The notes beneath the pieces are model-generated. The model did no database searches. It saw nothing but the letters and a program-made list of their open reading frames with translations, and was not told the origin of the DNA. Source: Bryobacterales bacterium (GTDB taxonomy: Bacteria; Acidobacteriota; Terriglobia; Bryobacterales; UBA6623). Taken from it: a stretch of 64,000 nt of DNA. The translations under genes and the position numbers were made by a program. The number at the start of each line of letters is the position of its first letter. Within the stretch, counting starts at the first letter, position 1. The stretch is taken from assembly GCA_963422375.2 (NCBI GenBank), contig OY729428.2, positions 3,008,001 to 3,072,000 of the forward strand. The letters are read 5' to 3'. Shown here piece by piece: positions 24,004 through 34,961 of the stretch.

Positions 24004-25866
24004 GTGCCGAGTCGGTGCTGTCTACTCGCGTGCGTAGGCCTCGCCGCGCCAATGGCCCTAGTGGCTGAGTGCGTGACGCCGCCCGGGCTAGGCGAGGCAT
24101 CCACGGCCGGAACCGCCACTGCGCACACCGCGCTGGGTTACTGGTTCGCAGAACAGGGCCAGACTCGTTGCGCGATCACCTCGTTCCAAGATGCGGTGCG
24201 CCTAGACGCCGAATCCTTGGAGGCGCACTACAACCTAGGCGTCGCCCACTCCGAGTTACGGGACTACGCGACAGCGGCCGTCCATCTGCGAGCCGCGAGT
24301 CGCATCGAACGCACGAACGGGCAGGTGTGGCTGGTTCTCGGGTCCGTGCAATTCGAGCTAGGCGAGGTCGGGGAGGCCGAGACGTCCCTAGTGAGAGCCT
24401 TGGAGCTGGACGGACCGACCGTGCCGATCCTCGCGGCCCTAGCTAGGACGCAGCATCGTCTCGGCAAGGCGGAGGCAGCTCGCGCCACGGTGGCAGAACT
24501 GCTGCGCGAGGACCCCGATTCCGAGATCGGGACCGCGATTCAAGCCGCGCTCGCGGGCCCTGTCACATCGCCCGCGCTCCGCGGCGCGCGGGCTTTCCGC
24601 AGCGGCGACTTCGCAGCCGCCGAAGCGGCCTTCCGCGAGACGGTGCAACTGAATCCCGGAAGCGCGGCGGCCCACCTCAATCTTGGCATGGCACTTCTCA
24701 ATCAGGGCAAGACCGCTCAAGCGGCGCGACACCTTGCGCGATCGGTCGAGATCCGTCCGGATCTTGCGTCGGGTTGGCTGGCTCTCGGCACCGCCCAGCA
24801 CGGACTCGGCCAGGCTCAGGCGGCCGAGGTGGCCTTCCGTAGAGCCGCGACGGAAGATCCGGGCAAGACCGAAGCCCGCTACAACCTTGCCATCGTCTTG
24901 TCCGCGCAGGGACGCAACTCCGAGGCCGAGGAATCGCTGCGCGCCGCGGACTCACTGCGACCAGGCGACGCAGCGATTCTCACGGCGCTCGGCATGGCAC
25001 TTGCCCGCCAGCAGCGCTTCGACGAGGCCGTCGCGACGCTGCGAAGGGTCGTGGCCAAGCAGCCCTCATCGGCACAAGCGCGTCTCAATCTCGGCATCGT
25101 GCTAGGAGACAGCTCGCGCTGGGAGGAAGCGCTCGCGGAATTCGATGCGGCGTCCGTCCTAGCGCCGACGTCGGCGGCGACTCACTTGCAGCGGGGTCGC
25201 GCGCTCTTCCAACTGCGCCGGTACGACGAGGCGCTTGCCTCGTTCGAAGCAACGGACCGCGCCGGCGGAGGGTCGGCCGAGGTGGCGAGCCACGTCGGTG
25301 CCACGCTGAATCGGCTCTCGCGCCACCTCGAGGCGGCGGCAGCGCTCAAGAACGCCGCCGCCGAGAAGCCGGACAGCGACTCGATACTCAGCGAGCTGGG
25401 TATCGCGCTGCTGCAATCGAGTCGGCCCGACGAGGCCGCGCTGCATCTCAAGCGTGCGCTGGACCTAAATCCCAGCAATTCCGTCGCCGCCGTCAACTTG
25501 ATCAAGGCGCTCTATCGGTCAGGCTCCGACGACACCGCCATGTATCGCAAGAGGCTGCGCGACTTGAAGCAGGAGGAAGGTGCTGCGACTCGCGCCAAGG
25601 TGCTTTCGAACTTCGCTGTGGAAGCAGCCGGCCGCGAGGAATGGGAAGCGGCTGTCGCGCAGTTGCGAGAGGCCCTCGGCACCTGCGGCGACTGCGCGGT
25701 CCGCGCCACCCTGCACAAGAACCTAGGTCTCGTTCTAGCCGATTCCGGCGCCGTCGCGGATGCGCTTGCGGAACTGGAGAGAGCCCGGATGCTAGATGAC
25801 GCGCCGGACATCGAGTATGCCATCCGCTCCGTGCAGCGCGTGGCGTCCGGAGGTCCTCAGCCGTAG
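24004..25866 (+). CDS. Exported multi-TPR protein
   Basis: Signal peptide; many repeats such as AHYNLG, AHLNLG, ARYNLA and ARLNLG; CGDC near the C-terminus. Confidence 0.9.
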   Translation: MPSRCCLLACVGLAAPMALVAECVTPPGLGEASTAGTATAHTALGYWFAEQGQTRCAITSFQDAVRLDAESLEAHYNLGVAHSELRDYATAAVHLRAASRIERTNGQVWLVLGSVQFELGEVGEAETSLVRALELDGPTVPILAALARTQHRLGKAEAARATVAELLREDPDSEIGTAIQAALAGPVTSPALRGARAFRSGDFAAAEAAFRETVQLNPGSAAAHLNLGMALLNQGKTAQAARHLARSVEIRPDLASGWLALGTAQHGLGQAQAAEVAFRRAATEDPGKTEARYNLAIVLSAQGRNSEAEESLRAADSLRPGDAAILTALGMALARQQRFDEAVATLRRVVAKQPSSAQARLNLGIVLGDSSRWEEALAEFDAASVLAPTSAATHLQRGRALFQLRRYDEALASFEATDRAGGGSAEVASHVGATLNRLSRHLEAAAALKNAAAEKPDSDSILSELGIALLQSSRPDEAALHLKRALDLNPSNSVAAVNLIKALYRSGSDDTAMYRKRLRDLKQEEGAATRAKVLSNFAVEAAGREEWEAAVAQLREALGTCGDCAVRATLHKNLGLVLADSGAVADALAELERARMLDDAPDIEYAIRSVQRVASGGPQP

Positions 25867-26222
25867 GCGCTCGCAGGGCGGGCAGCCCACCCTGCGGCCC
25901 GCAATTGCACCGGACGACCGGCGTGAACGCGGGCATTGCGTCTCCGGCCGCGTGGCAGGCGGCGCACGAACCCGAAATCCTGGCCACGACCAAGCGTCGG
26001 CAGCCCGGGCTGCAAGCCTCCCTGGCAATTCCGGAAAGCAGTGCCACATGGGGCGTCGCTCGTTCGGCATTCCATCTCTCGCGGGAATCACGGCGTAAGC
26101 GACGGGAGGATTGGACGCCTGCGATCCGCAACCTCCGTTTCTCGGCCGTGCTACGATAGCCGGCTGCGTTCTGCGTCCGTCCCCAGTGCGGGGCGGCGCA
26201 TTCAGCTCAAAGGAGCGTAACG

Positions 26223-29200
26223 ATGCAACTTCGCACCACATTGGTCTCAGGCGCCCTGAGGACCGCCGTCGTGTTGATGGCGCTTCTGGCCGGAGCGTCT
26301 CTGTGTCAGGCGCAGGTCTCGACCGCCACGATCAACGGAAGCGTGACCGACGAGCAAGGGGCCGTAATCCCCGGCGCGCAACTTACCTTGACGAACATCG
26401 AGACCGGCGTCAACCAACAGACGCAGAGCAACGAGGCGGGCCTCTATCGTTTCCAGAACGTTCAAATCGGCGTCTACACCTTGGATGCCTCCTCGGATGG
26501 ATTCACGACACAGCGCCTCGAACCGTTCACGCTTACAGTCAACCAAACTACGACGCTCGACTTCGCAATGCAAATCGGTGCCGTCACCGAAACGGTCGAG
26601 GTCATCGCTACGGCGGTGCAGTTGCAAAGCTCGTCTGCGGAATTGGGGCAGGCGGTGGAGGAGCGCACGGTCAAGGCGCTTCCGCTCAACGGTCGCAACT
26701 TCACCCAGATGCTGATGCTGCAACCCGGCGTCGTCATGGTGCGGCCGCCGGGAAGCCAGTCGCTGAGCTACACACGCCAGATCGGCGAGGCGGCGAACCC
26801 TGCGGTCAACGGCCAGAACAACCGAGCGAACGTCTACATGCTGGACGGCGTCGCCAACTTCGAGACCTTCGGCAATGCTTACGCCGTGCCGCCCATCTTG
26901 GACGCGATCGCCGAGTTCAAGGTGCAATCGCACAACGACTCGGCCGAGTTCGGCATGGGGTCGGGAGGCATCGTCAACATCGTCACCAAATCCGGCACGA
27001 ACGACTACCACGGGGTTGCCTTCTGGTTCCTGAAGAATGACAACCTCAACGCGCTGCAGTTCAACCGGACGACGAAAGACGAGTTCCGGCAGAATCAGTT
27101 CGGCGGCACGCTCGGAGGCCCGGTGGTCCGCAACAGGACCTTCTTCTTCGGCGCCGCGCAAATCTTCCGCTTTGCCACCCCCGGCGCCCAGTTCTACAAC
27201 GTGCCCACGGCCGCGCAACTCGGAGGGGACTTCAGCCAGTCCGGGAGGGACATTTTCGATCCGGCGAGCACCGTCGAGAATCCCGACAATCCGGGGGCGT
27301 TTGTCCGGACCCAGTTCAGCAACAACCGCATTCCGCAGGACCGTCTCGACCCGAGCATTCTCGGCTACTTGCAGGCCACGGGATTGCCGAAGCCTTCCTC
27401 AACTGAGCGCCCGGAATTCAATGCAGTAGACAATCGCAGTCGCACGACCAATCAAGAGGAATGGCAGGTCAAGGTCGATCATCACTTCAGCGCCCGCGAC
27501 ACCGCGTGGTTTCGCTTCAGCACTCTCAGCCAGTCCGGCCTGAGCAGCGGCGGGCGGGAAGGCCTCGTCAATAGCAACCAGATGGACGCGGTGAATTTCT
27601 CCGGCAGCTACGTGCATGTATTCAATCCGACGATGACCGGTCAGTTCCAATTCGGGCGATCACTCAGCGACATTCCCACGATCCGCGAATTCGACGGGCT
27701 GGATGGTGCGTCCATCGCCCAACAAGCCGGGTTTCCGTCGGGCATCTTCGAATACAGGGACGGCCCGGTCCTTTCGGGCATCAGCGCGGCGAATTACTTC
27801 GGCGGTACGCCGGCTATCGTGACGAATCGGCCGGCGAACAATTACCAGATCAAGGGCGACATCAGTATCGTCAAGGGCAACCATACACTTCGCTTCGGGG
27901 GCGACTTCATGTTCGCTACCATGTCGCGCACGCAGGCTTCCCACGGAGTGACCTACACGGAGATCACTACGGGAGATTTCGCGAATTCAGCGACTACGGG
28001 TGACTCGGTGGCCTCCATGCTCCTGAACTACGTCGAAGCGTCGTCCCGGCGCAACATCGTCGAGTCGCTGCGCTTCGGCGGCAACCAGGGAATCTATTTT
28101 CAGGACTCTTGGAAGGCGACCCCCAAGCTCACAGTAAATCTCGGGCTGCGCTTCGACTACGCCTGGGTGCCGCAGTACGGAACCGTCGAGGACGGCAATA
28201 TCTTCACCGGCAACGCGAACACGGACACGGGCCAGTATGCCGTCCTCAAGGTGCCGGGAGCCTGCGCGGAGGTAGGCGGCGCACCCTGCATCCCCACGCC
28301 AGACGGCAGCTTGCCGGAGAACGTGATCGCCTTGGGGGACGACGCCGTGCTGTTTCCCGGTCGCGGCCCGATGTTCGGTCCCCGGATTGGCTTGGCATAC
28401 CGCTTGACCGACAAGACCACGATGCGATTCTCGGTCGGCGCCGTGTACGACAACTTCGCCGGAATCTATCAGAGCGCGCGGGGCATCGGCGGGAACTGGC
28501 CGGACGTTTCGGTCACGCGCTTCGGAATCCTCTCCAAGCCCACCCCCAGCGACCCGAGGCCGCAGGTCAAGGCGCAGGACATCCTGCTCGGTCAGTCCAG
28601 CGTGCCCGCGCCCACGCCCTTCAACACGCAGTGGTGGTTCGTCGATCCCGGGTTTGAGCAAGCGTACTCGATGCAATGGAACTTCGGCATCCAGCACCAG
28701 TTGCGGCGCAACACGGTCGTGGAGGCGAACTATGTCGGTTCGGGCAACCGCGACCTTTCGCTTGGAGGTCGGCGCAATACGGCCGTGACGCCGGGCCCCG
28801 GTGACCCAAAGGACCGCATGCGATTCCCGTACATGCGGCCGACGTACTTCGAAAAATCAATCGGTCGCAGCAGCTACAACAGCCTGCAGCTATCGATGAA
28901 GCGGAGCTTCACTGGCGGTTTGGCGGCGACCTTGGCCTACACTTGGGCAAAGTCAATCGACATCGGCTGCTCCGGATTTTTCGGCACGGAGGGCTGCTCC
29001 GTGCAGAACGAATACGATTTGGACAGCCAGCGAAGCGTGTCCGCCAACGACATCCCGCATTACTTCGTAGGCAGCTTGGTCTACGACGTTCCGGTCGGTC
29101 GCGGCAGGCGGTTGGGCGCGGACATTCCAAAGGCGCTGGATCACGTTATCGGCGGCTGGCAGTTCAACGCCCTCGTTAACTTCCGGGGCGGACTCCCCTA

Positions 29201-29594
29201 CCACGTCAGCGTGCCCGGAGACTTGGCGAACGTAGGCAATCCGTGGACCTACCTGCGGGCCAATCTTGTCGGCGACGCGCACGGGGGCAGTCGCACTCGC
29301 CAGAACTGGCTCAGCCGGAATGCATTCGCCGCTCCCGACCAGTTCACGTTCGGGACGCTGGGCCGCAACACCCTGCGCCCGGACGGCGTGCAAAGGTTCG
29401 ACCTGTCGCTGTTCAAGCAGGTTGCGGTCTCCGAGCGGCTAGCGGTCCAGATCCGTGCCGAAGCGTTCAATGCCTTCAACCAGAACATGCTGGCGAACCC
29501 CGACTCGAACCTTGCGAGCCCGCGGTTCGGCCTGATCACCGCTACACAGGTGCCTCCCCGCGAATTCCAACTGGGCATGAAGATTATCTTCTAG
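26223..29594 (+). CDS. TonB-dependent receptor, Oar-like
   Basis: AAGGAG RBS; signal peptide, GSVTDEQGAVIPGA, ALPLNGRNF, VTKSGTN, NQFGGTLGGP and C-terminal PREFQLGMKIIF. Confidence 0.95.
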   Translation: MQLRTTLVSGALRTAVVLMALLAGASLCQAQVSTATINGSVTDEQGAVIPGAQLTLTNIETGVNQQTQSNEAGLYRFQNVQIGVYTLDASSDGFTTQRLEPFTLTVNQTTTLDFAMQIGAVTETVEVIATAVQLQSSSAELGQAVEERTVKALPLNGRNFTQMLMLQPGVVMVRPPGSQSLSYTRQIGEAANPAVNGQNNRANVYMLDGVANFETFGNAYAVPPILDAIAEFKVQSHNDSAEFGMGSGGIVNIVTKSGTNDYHGVAFWFLKNDNLNALQFNRTTKDEFRQNQFGGTLGGPVVRNRTFFFGAAQIFRFATPGAQFYNVPTAAQLGGDFSQSGRDIFDPASTVENPDNPGAFVRTQFSNNRIPQDRLDPSILGYLQATGLPKPSSTERPEFNAVDNRSRTTNQEEWQVKVDHHFSARDTAWFRFSTLSQSGLSSGGREGLVNSNQMDAVNFSGSYVHVFNPTMTGQFQFGRSLSDIPTIREFDGLDGASIAQQAGFPSGIFEYRDGPVLSGISAANYFGGTPAIVTNRPANNYQIKGDISIVKGNHTLRFGGDFMFATMSRTQASHGVTYTEITTGDFANSATTGDSVASMLLNYVEASSRRNIVESLRFGGNQGIYFQDSWKATPKLTVNLGLRFDYAWVPQYGTVEDGNIFTGNANTDTGQYAVLKVPGACAEVGGAPCIPTPDGSLPENVIALGDDAVLFPGRGPMFGPRIGLAYRLTDKTTMRFSVGAVYDNFAGIYQSARGIGGNWPDVSVTRFGILSKPTPSDPRPQVKAQDILLGQSSVPAPTPFNTQWWFVDPGFEQAYSMQWNFGIQHQLRRNTVVEANYVGSGNRDLSLGGRRNTAVTPGPGDPKDRMRFPYMRPTYFEKSIGRSSYNSLQLSMKRSFTGGLAATLAYTWAKSIDIGCSGFFGTEGCSVQNEYDLDSQRSVSANDIPHYFVGSLVYDVPVGRGRRLGADIPKALDHVIGGWQFNALVNFRGGLPYHVSVPGDLANVGNPWTYLRANLVGDAHGGSRTRQNWLSRNAFAAPDQFTFGTLGRNTLRPDGVQRFDLSLFKQVAVSERLAVQIRAEAFNAFNQNMLANPDSNLASPRFGLITATQVPPREFQLGMKIIF

Positions 29595-30230
29595 ATCCGA
29601 GCTGTAGGCCAGAACGGGGGCGCGTCGCCCGAAGTCGCTCTTGGGAGAGGGTGGCGCGTTCCCAAGTTCCGTGTTTGCCCACTTCGGGCTCATTGGACTG
29701 GTACAGTCGTTGGCGTTGCTGCCCCTAGAGCAACTAGAGGTACTTCCCGACGACGAAAGCTCGGACTAGCCTGCGGCCGGAGCCCCCAAGCGGTAGGTCT
29801 AGCCGGGGAGGTCCGTCCCCGGGGCTGTCCGCCGCGGTTCGGGCGCTTGGAGCGATTCCAGCCGACGGGCGAGCAGGGTTGCCGAACACCCTCCCGTCGA
29901 CCCAGGTTCCTCATCGGGGGTCGTCCCTGTCCAAGGCCCCATGGCAGGACAGCCCTCGGCTGTACCGCAGCGCGGGCCGATTGCCGTCCCCGCGTCGTCG
30001 GCAGGCACCGGGCCTGACCGGCCATGCCTCGCCCCCGGCGAAGAACCGTCGCGGACTCCCCCTCGCCGCCGGATCGCGGCAGAGGTCCGGCTAGGTCGTC
30101 GTGGCTCGACCGGACCCCCTCGCGCAAGTCCGCCCCGCAGAGCGCCTCTGGCCGGCGGCGAAGCGCCACCCCGCCACTCGCAGCCATCGCAGGCACGTGC
30201 CGCCCGGCCAGCACCGTTCGCGGCCGCGAT

Positions 30231-30683
30231 TCACTGAGCCAGGGGCCGGTCCGTCGCGCGCACCATGGTGGCCATGAGCGCGGCCACTAGCCTCTCGCTC
30301 CCACCCTCGACCGCGACCGCCTCGCCCGAGCACACCGTGAGCCGCCGGCCCGGCTTGAGAACGCGGCCTCGCGCGCGGATGCGGTCACCCCGAGCCGGAG
30401 CGATGAAGTTGATCTTGTACTCGACCGTGAGCACGGTCGATCCGGGCGGCATCAGCGTGAGCGCCGAGCACCCGCAAGCCGTATCGACGATCGCAGCGAC
30501 GACTGCCCCGTGCAGATAGCCGTGGTGCTGCAGCAAGTCGTTCCTGAGCGGCATCCCGATTTCGACGGCGCCCTCGGCGATTCCGGTGATTTCGGCACCG
30601 ATCATCTGCATGAAGGGCTGCTTGCCAAAGGTCAGGCGAACACTAGCCTCAAAGTCAGAATCTTGCGCATGAAAGGTCGACAT
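30231..30683 (-). CDS. PaaI-family (hotdog) thioesterase
   Basis: QHHGYLHGAVVAAIVDTACG and VLTVEYKINFIAPA; start set at the ATG at 30683. Confidence 0.92.
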   Translation of the reverse strand: MSTFHAQDSDFEASVRLTFGKQPFMQMIGAEITGIAEGAVEIGMPLRNDLLQHHGYLHGAVVAAIVDTACGCSALTLMPPGSTVLTVEYKINFIAPARGDRIRARGRVLKPGRRLTVCSGEAVAVEGGSERLVAALMATMVRATDRPLAQ

Positions 30684-30832
30684 GCACTGCCCCCTGTCCG
30701 CGCATCTCGGAAGGTCCGAAAGCGTCCCCAACATGGTACCCGCGAAAGCGCCGGGCAGAATCGATCCCCCGATGCAAGCGGGCGCTCCGCCTGCGGCGGC
30801 TCCGAGAGTAGAATGTCTCTGCCTGCCTACCC

Positions 30833-32116
30833 ATGCCAAATCGATCGCCCTGCCGCCCTCGACCATGGAGCGGCCGCGCCGCCGAAGCCCTGCTTGTTGC
30901 CGCCTGGGCCCTCGCCTGCGCCGCGCCGCCGCCAAACGAGACGGAACTCGAGCGGGAGCAGATCACGTCGGGCCCGCTGAACCACTTCTTCGGCTACATC
31001 GGCCACGTCGGCACGATTCCGTGGAACGCGAGCGGGCGCTACATCGTCGCTCTGCGCACCGAATTCGTGAACCGCATGCCCGGCCCGGACGATGCCGCGG
31101 AGGTGATCCTGCTCGACACCGAGAACGACTACCAGGCGCTCGCGGTGGACAAGTCGAGGGCTTGGAACGTCCAGCAGGGCACGATGCTGTACTGGAACCC
31201 GGCCGACCCAGAGAACCAGTTCTTTTTCAACGACCGCGACCCGGAGACCGGCAAGGTCTTCTGCGTGCTGTACGACGTAGCCCGGGCCAGGCGCGTCCGG
31301 GAGTACCGCTTCGAGGATACGCCGGTCGGGAACGGCGGGGTGTCCTTCGACGGTAAGCGCTTTGCGGGGATCAACTACGCGCGGATGGCGAGGCTGCGGC
31401 GCGTAACCGGCTATCCCGGGGCGTGGGACTGGACCGAGGGGGTCAGTGCCCCGGAGAACGACGGCGTGTTCCTCGTCGACATCGAGAGCGGCGAGAAGGA
31501 ATTGCTGGTTTCATTCCGCGAGCTCGCGGAGGCCCTCCGCAGGGAGAGGCCCGGGATCGACTCGCTCCCCTTGTTCATCAATCACACGCTCTGGAGCCGC
31601 ACGGGCGAACGGCTGTTCTTCTTCGCCAGGGCGAACTTCGGCAAGCCGGGCCGCGTCAACGCGTCGTTCACGATCGCCCGCGACGGCACTGACCTGAGAC
31701 GCCAGGAGACCCATATCGGGGGCCACCCCGAGTGGGACGCGGGAACGCGCATGATCGGATCCATCGCCCGCCGCCAGTCGATCTTCGACGTCGAGTCACA
31801 GAAACTGGCGGAACTGATCGGCGACAGCGAGCTCTTCCCGGATCCGGAAGGCGACATCGCGCTCTCCCCTGACCTCGCGTGGCTGGCCAATGGCTACAAG
31901 CGAGATGGCAAGCTGCACTACGTCATCCACAACCGGCGCACGGGAGCGACCTACCGCGCCGGTGGCTTCGACATCTTCGGCCGTGTCTCCGGAGACCTGC
32001 GCTGCGACCCCGCCCCCCGCTGGAACCGGACCGGCGACGCCCTTCTCATCCCGGGCCTGCTCGAGGACGGCACCCGCCAGATGTTCCTGCTGCGCCTGCC
32101 CTCGGCCGCTTCCTGA
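30833..32116 (+). CDS. Periplasmic beta-propeller lipoprotein (oligogalacturonate lyase/TolB-like), function uncertain
   Basis: Lipobox-like LAC; HFFGY, AWNVQQG, INHTLWS, GHPEW and RCDPAPRW. Confidence 0.65.
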   Translation: MPNRSPCRPRPWSGRAAEALLVAAWALACAAPPPNETELEREQITSGPLNHFFGYIGHVGTIPWNASGRYIVALRTEFVNRMPGPDDAAEVILLDTENDYQALAVDKSRAWNVQQGTMLYWNPADPENQFFFNDRDPETGKVFCVLYDVARARRVREYRFEDTPVGNGGVSFDGKRFAGINYARMARLRRVTGYPGAWDWTEGVSAPENDGVFLVDIESGEKELLVSFRELAEALRRERPGIDSLPLFINHTLWSRTGERLFFFARANFGKPGRVNASFTIARDGTDLRRQETHIGGHPEWDAGTRMIGSIARRQSIFDVESQKLAELIGDSELFPDPEGDIALSPDLAWLANGYKRDGKLHYVIHNRRTGATYRAGGFDIFGRVSGDLRCDPAPRWNRTGDALLIPGLLEDGTRQMFLLRLPSAAS

Positions 32117-32194
32117 CGGCGCCCGTCGCGCCGGGCGCCGGATGCGAGTATCCTTTGAATTGGACGGTGCGGAAGGTCTCGCTTCCAGTCGGCA

Positions 32195-34939
32195 ATGTCG
32201 CACGATCCGAAGTGGCCTTCCGCAATCAACTTAGCCTTTGTCGAGGGCATCTATGCCGACTACTGCCGGGATCCGGCCTCCGTCTCGGACGAGTGGCGTG
32301 GGTGGTTGGATTCGTTCGGCGAAGAGCCGGTGCCCGTGCATCCGGCGCTGCCTACGAGCGAGCCTCAAGGGCACGGTCCTGCTCCATCCCCTGACTCGGC
32401 CGGCCTGCAGCACCGCGTAGACAAGCTCGTGCGGGCCTACCGTGTGCGGGGGCACGTGGTCGCGCGGGTCGACCCGCTCGACCTCACCAGAAAGGTCGCC
32501 GAGGAGCTCGATCCAGCGTTCTACGGCCTCCGGCCCGAAGACATGGACAGCCCGGTTTCGCCGGACACCCTCTCGGGCTGCTATCTAAACACGCCCCGCC
32601 AGGTTATCGAGCGGCTGCGCGAGACCTACACGCGCTCGATCGGCGTGCAGTTCATGCACATCGACGACCTCGGCGTCCGCGAGTGGCTGCAGCGGCGCAT
32701 GGAACCCACGGGCAACCACGTCCAGCTGAGCCAAGCGCGCCAGCTGCGCATCCTCACCAAGCTGACGGATGCCACGATCTTCGAGGAATTCATCCAGAAG
32801 AAATTCGTCGGCGCGAAGAGCTTCTCGCTGGAAGGCTGCGAGACTGTGATCCCCCTGCTAGACCTGCTGATCGAGCGGGCCGGCGACCAAGGCGCACGCG
32901 ATGTCGTGATCGGGATGGCGCATCGCGGGCGCCTCAACGTCCTAGCCAATATCATGGGCAAGAACGCCCACCAGATCTTCCGCGAATTCGCCGACCTGGA
33001 CCACGAGCACTACTTGGGGCGCGGCGACGTCAAGTACCACCTCGGCTACCGCGGCTGGTGGCGCACGTCCCAAGGGGACACCCTGCGGACGTCGCTTTGC
33101 TTCAACCCGAGCCATCTGGAGTTCGTCGGGCCCGTCGCGGTGGGCCGGGTGCGCGCCCGGCAGGACCGCAAGGCGGACGCGCGCAGGGTCCATGGACTGT
33201 GCATCCTGCTGCACGGCGACGCCGCGTTCGCAGGCGAAGGGATCGTCCAAGAGACGCTCAACATGAGCCAGCTGTCCGGCTATACGGTGGGCGGAACGAT
33301 CCACATAATCATCAACAACCAGATCGGCTTCACCACGCGGCCGACACAGGGCCGGTCCAGCATCTACGCCTCGGGCGTGGCGAAGATGCTGCAGGTTCCG
33401 ATCCTGCACGTGAACGGCGAGGATCCCGAGGCGGCCGCGCAGGCGGTGCGCCTCGCGGTCGACTTCCGCAAGCAGTACCGGCGCGACGTGGTGATCGACA
33501 TGTACGGTTACCGTCGGCGGGGTCACAACGAGACCGACGAGCCACGCTTCACCCACCCGCTGCTGTACCAAGCCATCAGCGAGCGCAAGCCGGTCCGCGA
33601 GGCCTACCTCGAGCACCTGCTACAGCAAGGGGGGGTCAAGCAGGAGGCGGCCGACCGCATTGCGGACGAAAGGCGCGAGCACCTGGAGCGCGAGCTGGCG
33701 TCCGCCCAGAGCGACGACTACATCCATGTCGGCGACCAGGTCACCGGAGACTGGGCCGGCTACAACCGCGGATCCGACACGCAGATCGCCGAGATCGACA
33801 CCGGCGTGCCACAGGCCAAGCTGGCCCCGATCATCGAGAAGTTGACCAAAGTGCCGAAGGATCACCTCCCGGACCCGCGCATCACTCGGCTCTTGCAGCA
33901 CCGCGCGGAGACGGCCCAAGGGAAGCGCCCGGTGGACTGGGCGACGGCCGAGGCGGCGGCGCTCGGGAGCCTGCTGGTACAAGGCTACAGGGTGCGCTTC
34001 ACGGGACAGGACGCCGAGCGCGGGACGTTTTCGCACCGCCACGCGGTGGTGTTCGACTCCGACACGGGATTCCCGCACGTCCCGTTGCAGCACCTGTCGC
34101 CCCGGCAGGGGCACTTTGAGATCCACAACAGCCCGCTGTCGGAGACCGGCCCGCTGGGCTTCGAGTATGGCTACAGCCTGGAGTGGCCGGACGGGCTGGT
34201 CATCTGGGAGGCCCAGTTCGGCGACTTCTTCAACGCGGCGCAGGTGATCTTCGACCAGTTCATCTCCAGCGGGGAGGACAAGTGGAACCTGTGGAGCGGC
34301 CTCGTGCTGCTGCTGCCGCACGGCTTCGAGGGCCAGGGCCCGGAGCACTCCAGCGCGCGGCTGGAGCGCTTCCTGCAGCAGGCCGCTGAAGAGAACTTCC
34401 AAGTCGCGTGCCCGACGACGCCGACGCAGTACTTCCACCTCCTGCGGCGTCAAGTGATCCGCTCGTGGCGCAAACCGCTGATCGTCATGTCTCCCAAGAG
34501 CCTGCTGCGCCACGCCGCGGTCGTATCAAGCCTTGACGAGCTGGCGAGCGGAACGTTCCGGCGCATCCTGCCCGACTCGGGAACGGACCCGCGCGAGGTC
34601 AGCCGCGTGCTGGGCTGCTGCGGGAAGATCTACTATGACCTCGAGGCGAGGCGGCGGGCGGACGGGCGGCGGGACATCGCCATCGTCCGCCTAGAGCAGC
34701 TTTACCCGATGGATCCCAAGGCCTTGCGGGACGCGCTGGCGCCCTATGGGGGAGCGGAATGCGTCTGGGTCCAAGAGGAGCCGCGCAACATGGGAGCTTG
34801 GCGATACGTCGCCGGGCGCTATCCCGGGAACTTCTCGCGAGCGGTGACCCGGCCGGAATCGGCGAGCCCCGCGACCGGATCCGCTCGCAGCCACAAGCAC
34901 GAGCAGAGCCTTCTGATCAAGGAAGCGTTCGCTAGATAG
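32195..34939 (+). CDS. sucA: 2-oxoglutarate dehydrogenase E1
   Basis: [34 protein letters not shown] (ThDP motif), WEAQFGDF and [15 protein letters not shown]. Confidence 0.98.
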   Translation: MSHDPKWPSAINLAFVEGIYADYCRDPASVSDEWRGWLDSFGEEPVPVHPALPTSEPQGHGPAPSPDSAGLQHRVDKLVRAYRVRGHVVARVDPLDLTRKVAEELDPAFYGLRPEDMDSPVSPDTLSGCYLNTPRQVIERLRETYTRSIGVQFMHIDDLGVREWLQRRMEPTGNHVQLSQARQLRILTKLTDATIFEEFIQKKFVGAKSFSLEGCETVIPLLDLLIERAGDQGARDVVIGMAHRGRLNVLANIMGKNAHQIFREFADLDHEHYLGRGDVKYHLGYRGWWRTSQGDTLRTSLCFNPSHLEFVGPVAVGRVRARQDRKADARRVHGLCILLHGDAAFAGEGIVQETLNMSQLSGYTVGGTIHIIINNQIGFTTRPTQGRSSIYASGVAKMLQVPILHVNGEDPEAAAQAVRLAVDFRKQYRRDVVIDMYGYRRRGHNETDEPRFTHPLLYQAISERKPVREAYLEHLLQQGGVKQEAADRIADERREHLERELASAQSDDYIHVGDQVTGDWAGYNRGSDTQIAEIDTGVPQAKLAPIIEKLTKVPKDHLPDPRITRLLQHRAETAQGKRPVDWATAEAAALGSLLVQGYRVRFTGQDAERGTFSHRHAVVFDSDTGFPHVPLQHLSPRQGHFEIHNSPLSETGPLGFEYGYSLEWPDGLVIWEAQFGDFFNAAQVIFDQFISSGEDKWNLWSGLVLLLPHGFEGQGPEHSSARLERFLQQAAEENFQVACPTTPTQYFHLLRRQVIRSWRKPLIVMSPKSLLRHAAVVSSLDELASGTFRRILPDSGTDPREVSRVLGCCGKIYYDLEARRRADGRRDIAIVRLEQLYPMDPKALRDALAPYGGAECVWVQEEPRNMGAWRYVAGRYPGNFSRAVTRPESASPATGSARSHKHEQSLLIKEAFAR

Positions 34940-34961
34940 GTACGCTAGAGACCGGCGCGCG

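Noticed and set aside
25867..26222. Cobalamin or other riboswitch ahead of the TonB-dependent receptors (also 23299-24003)
   Set aside because: No B12-box or other riboswitch consensus was recognisable by eye.
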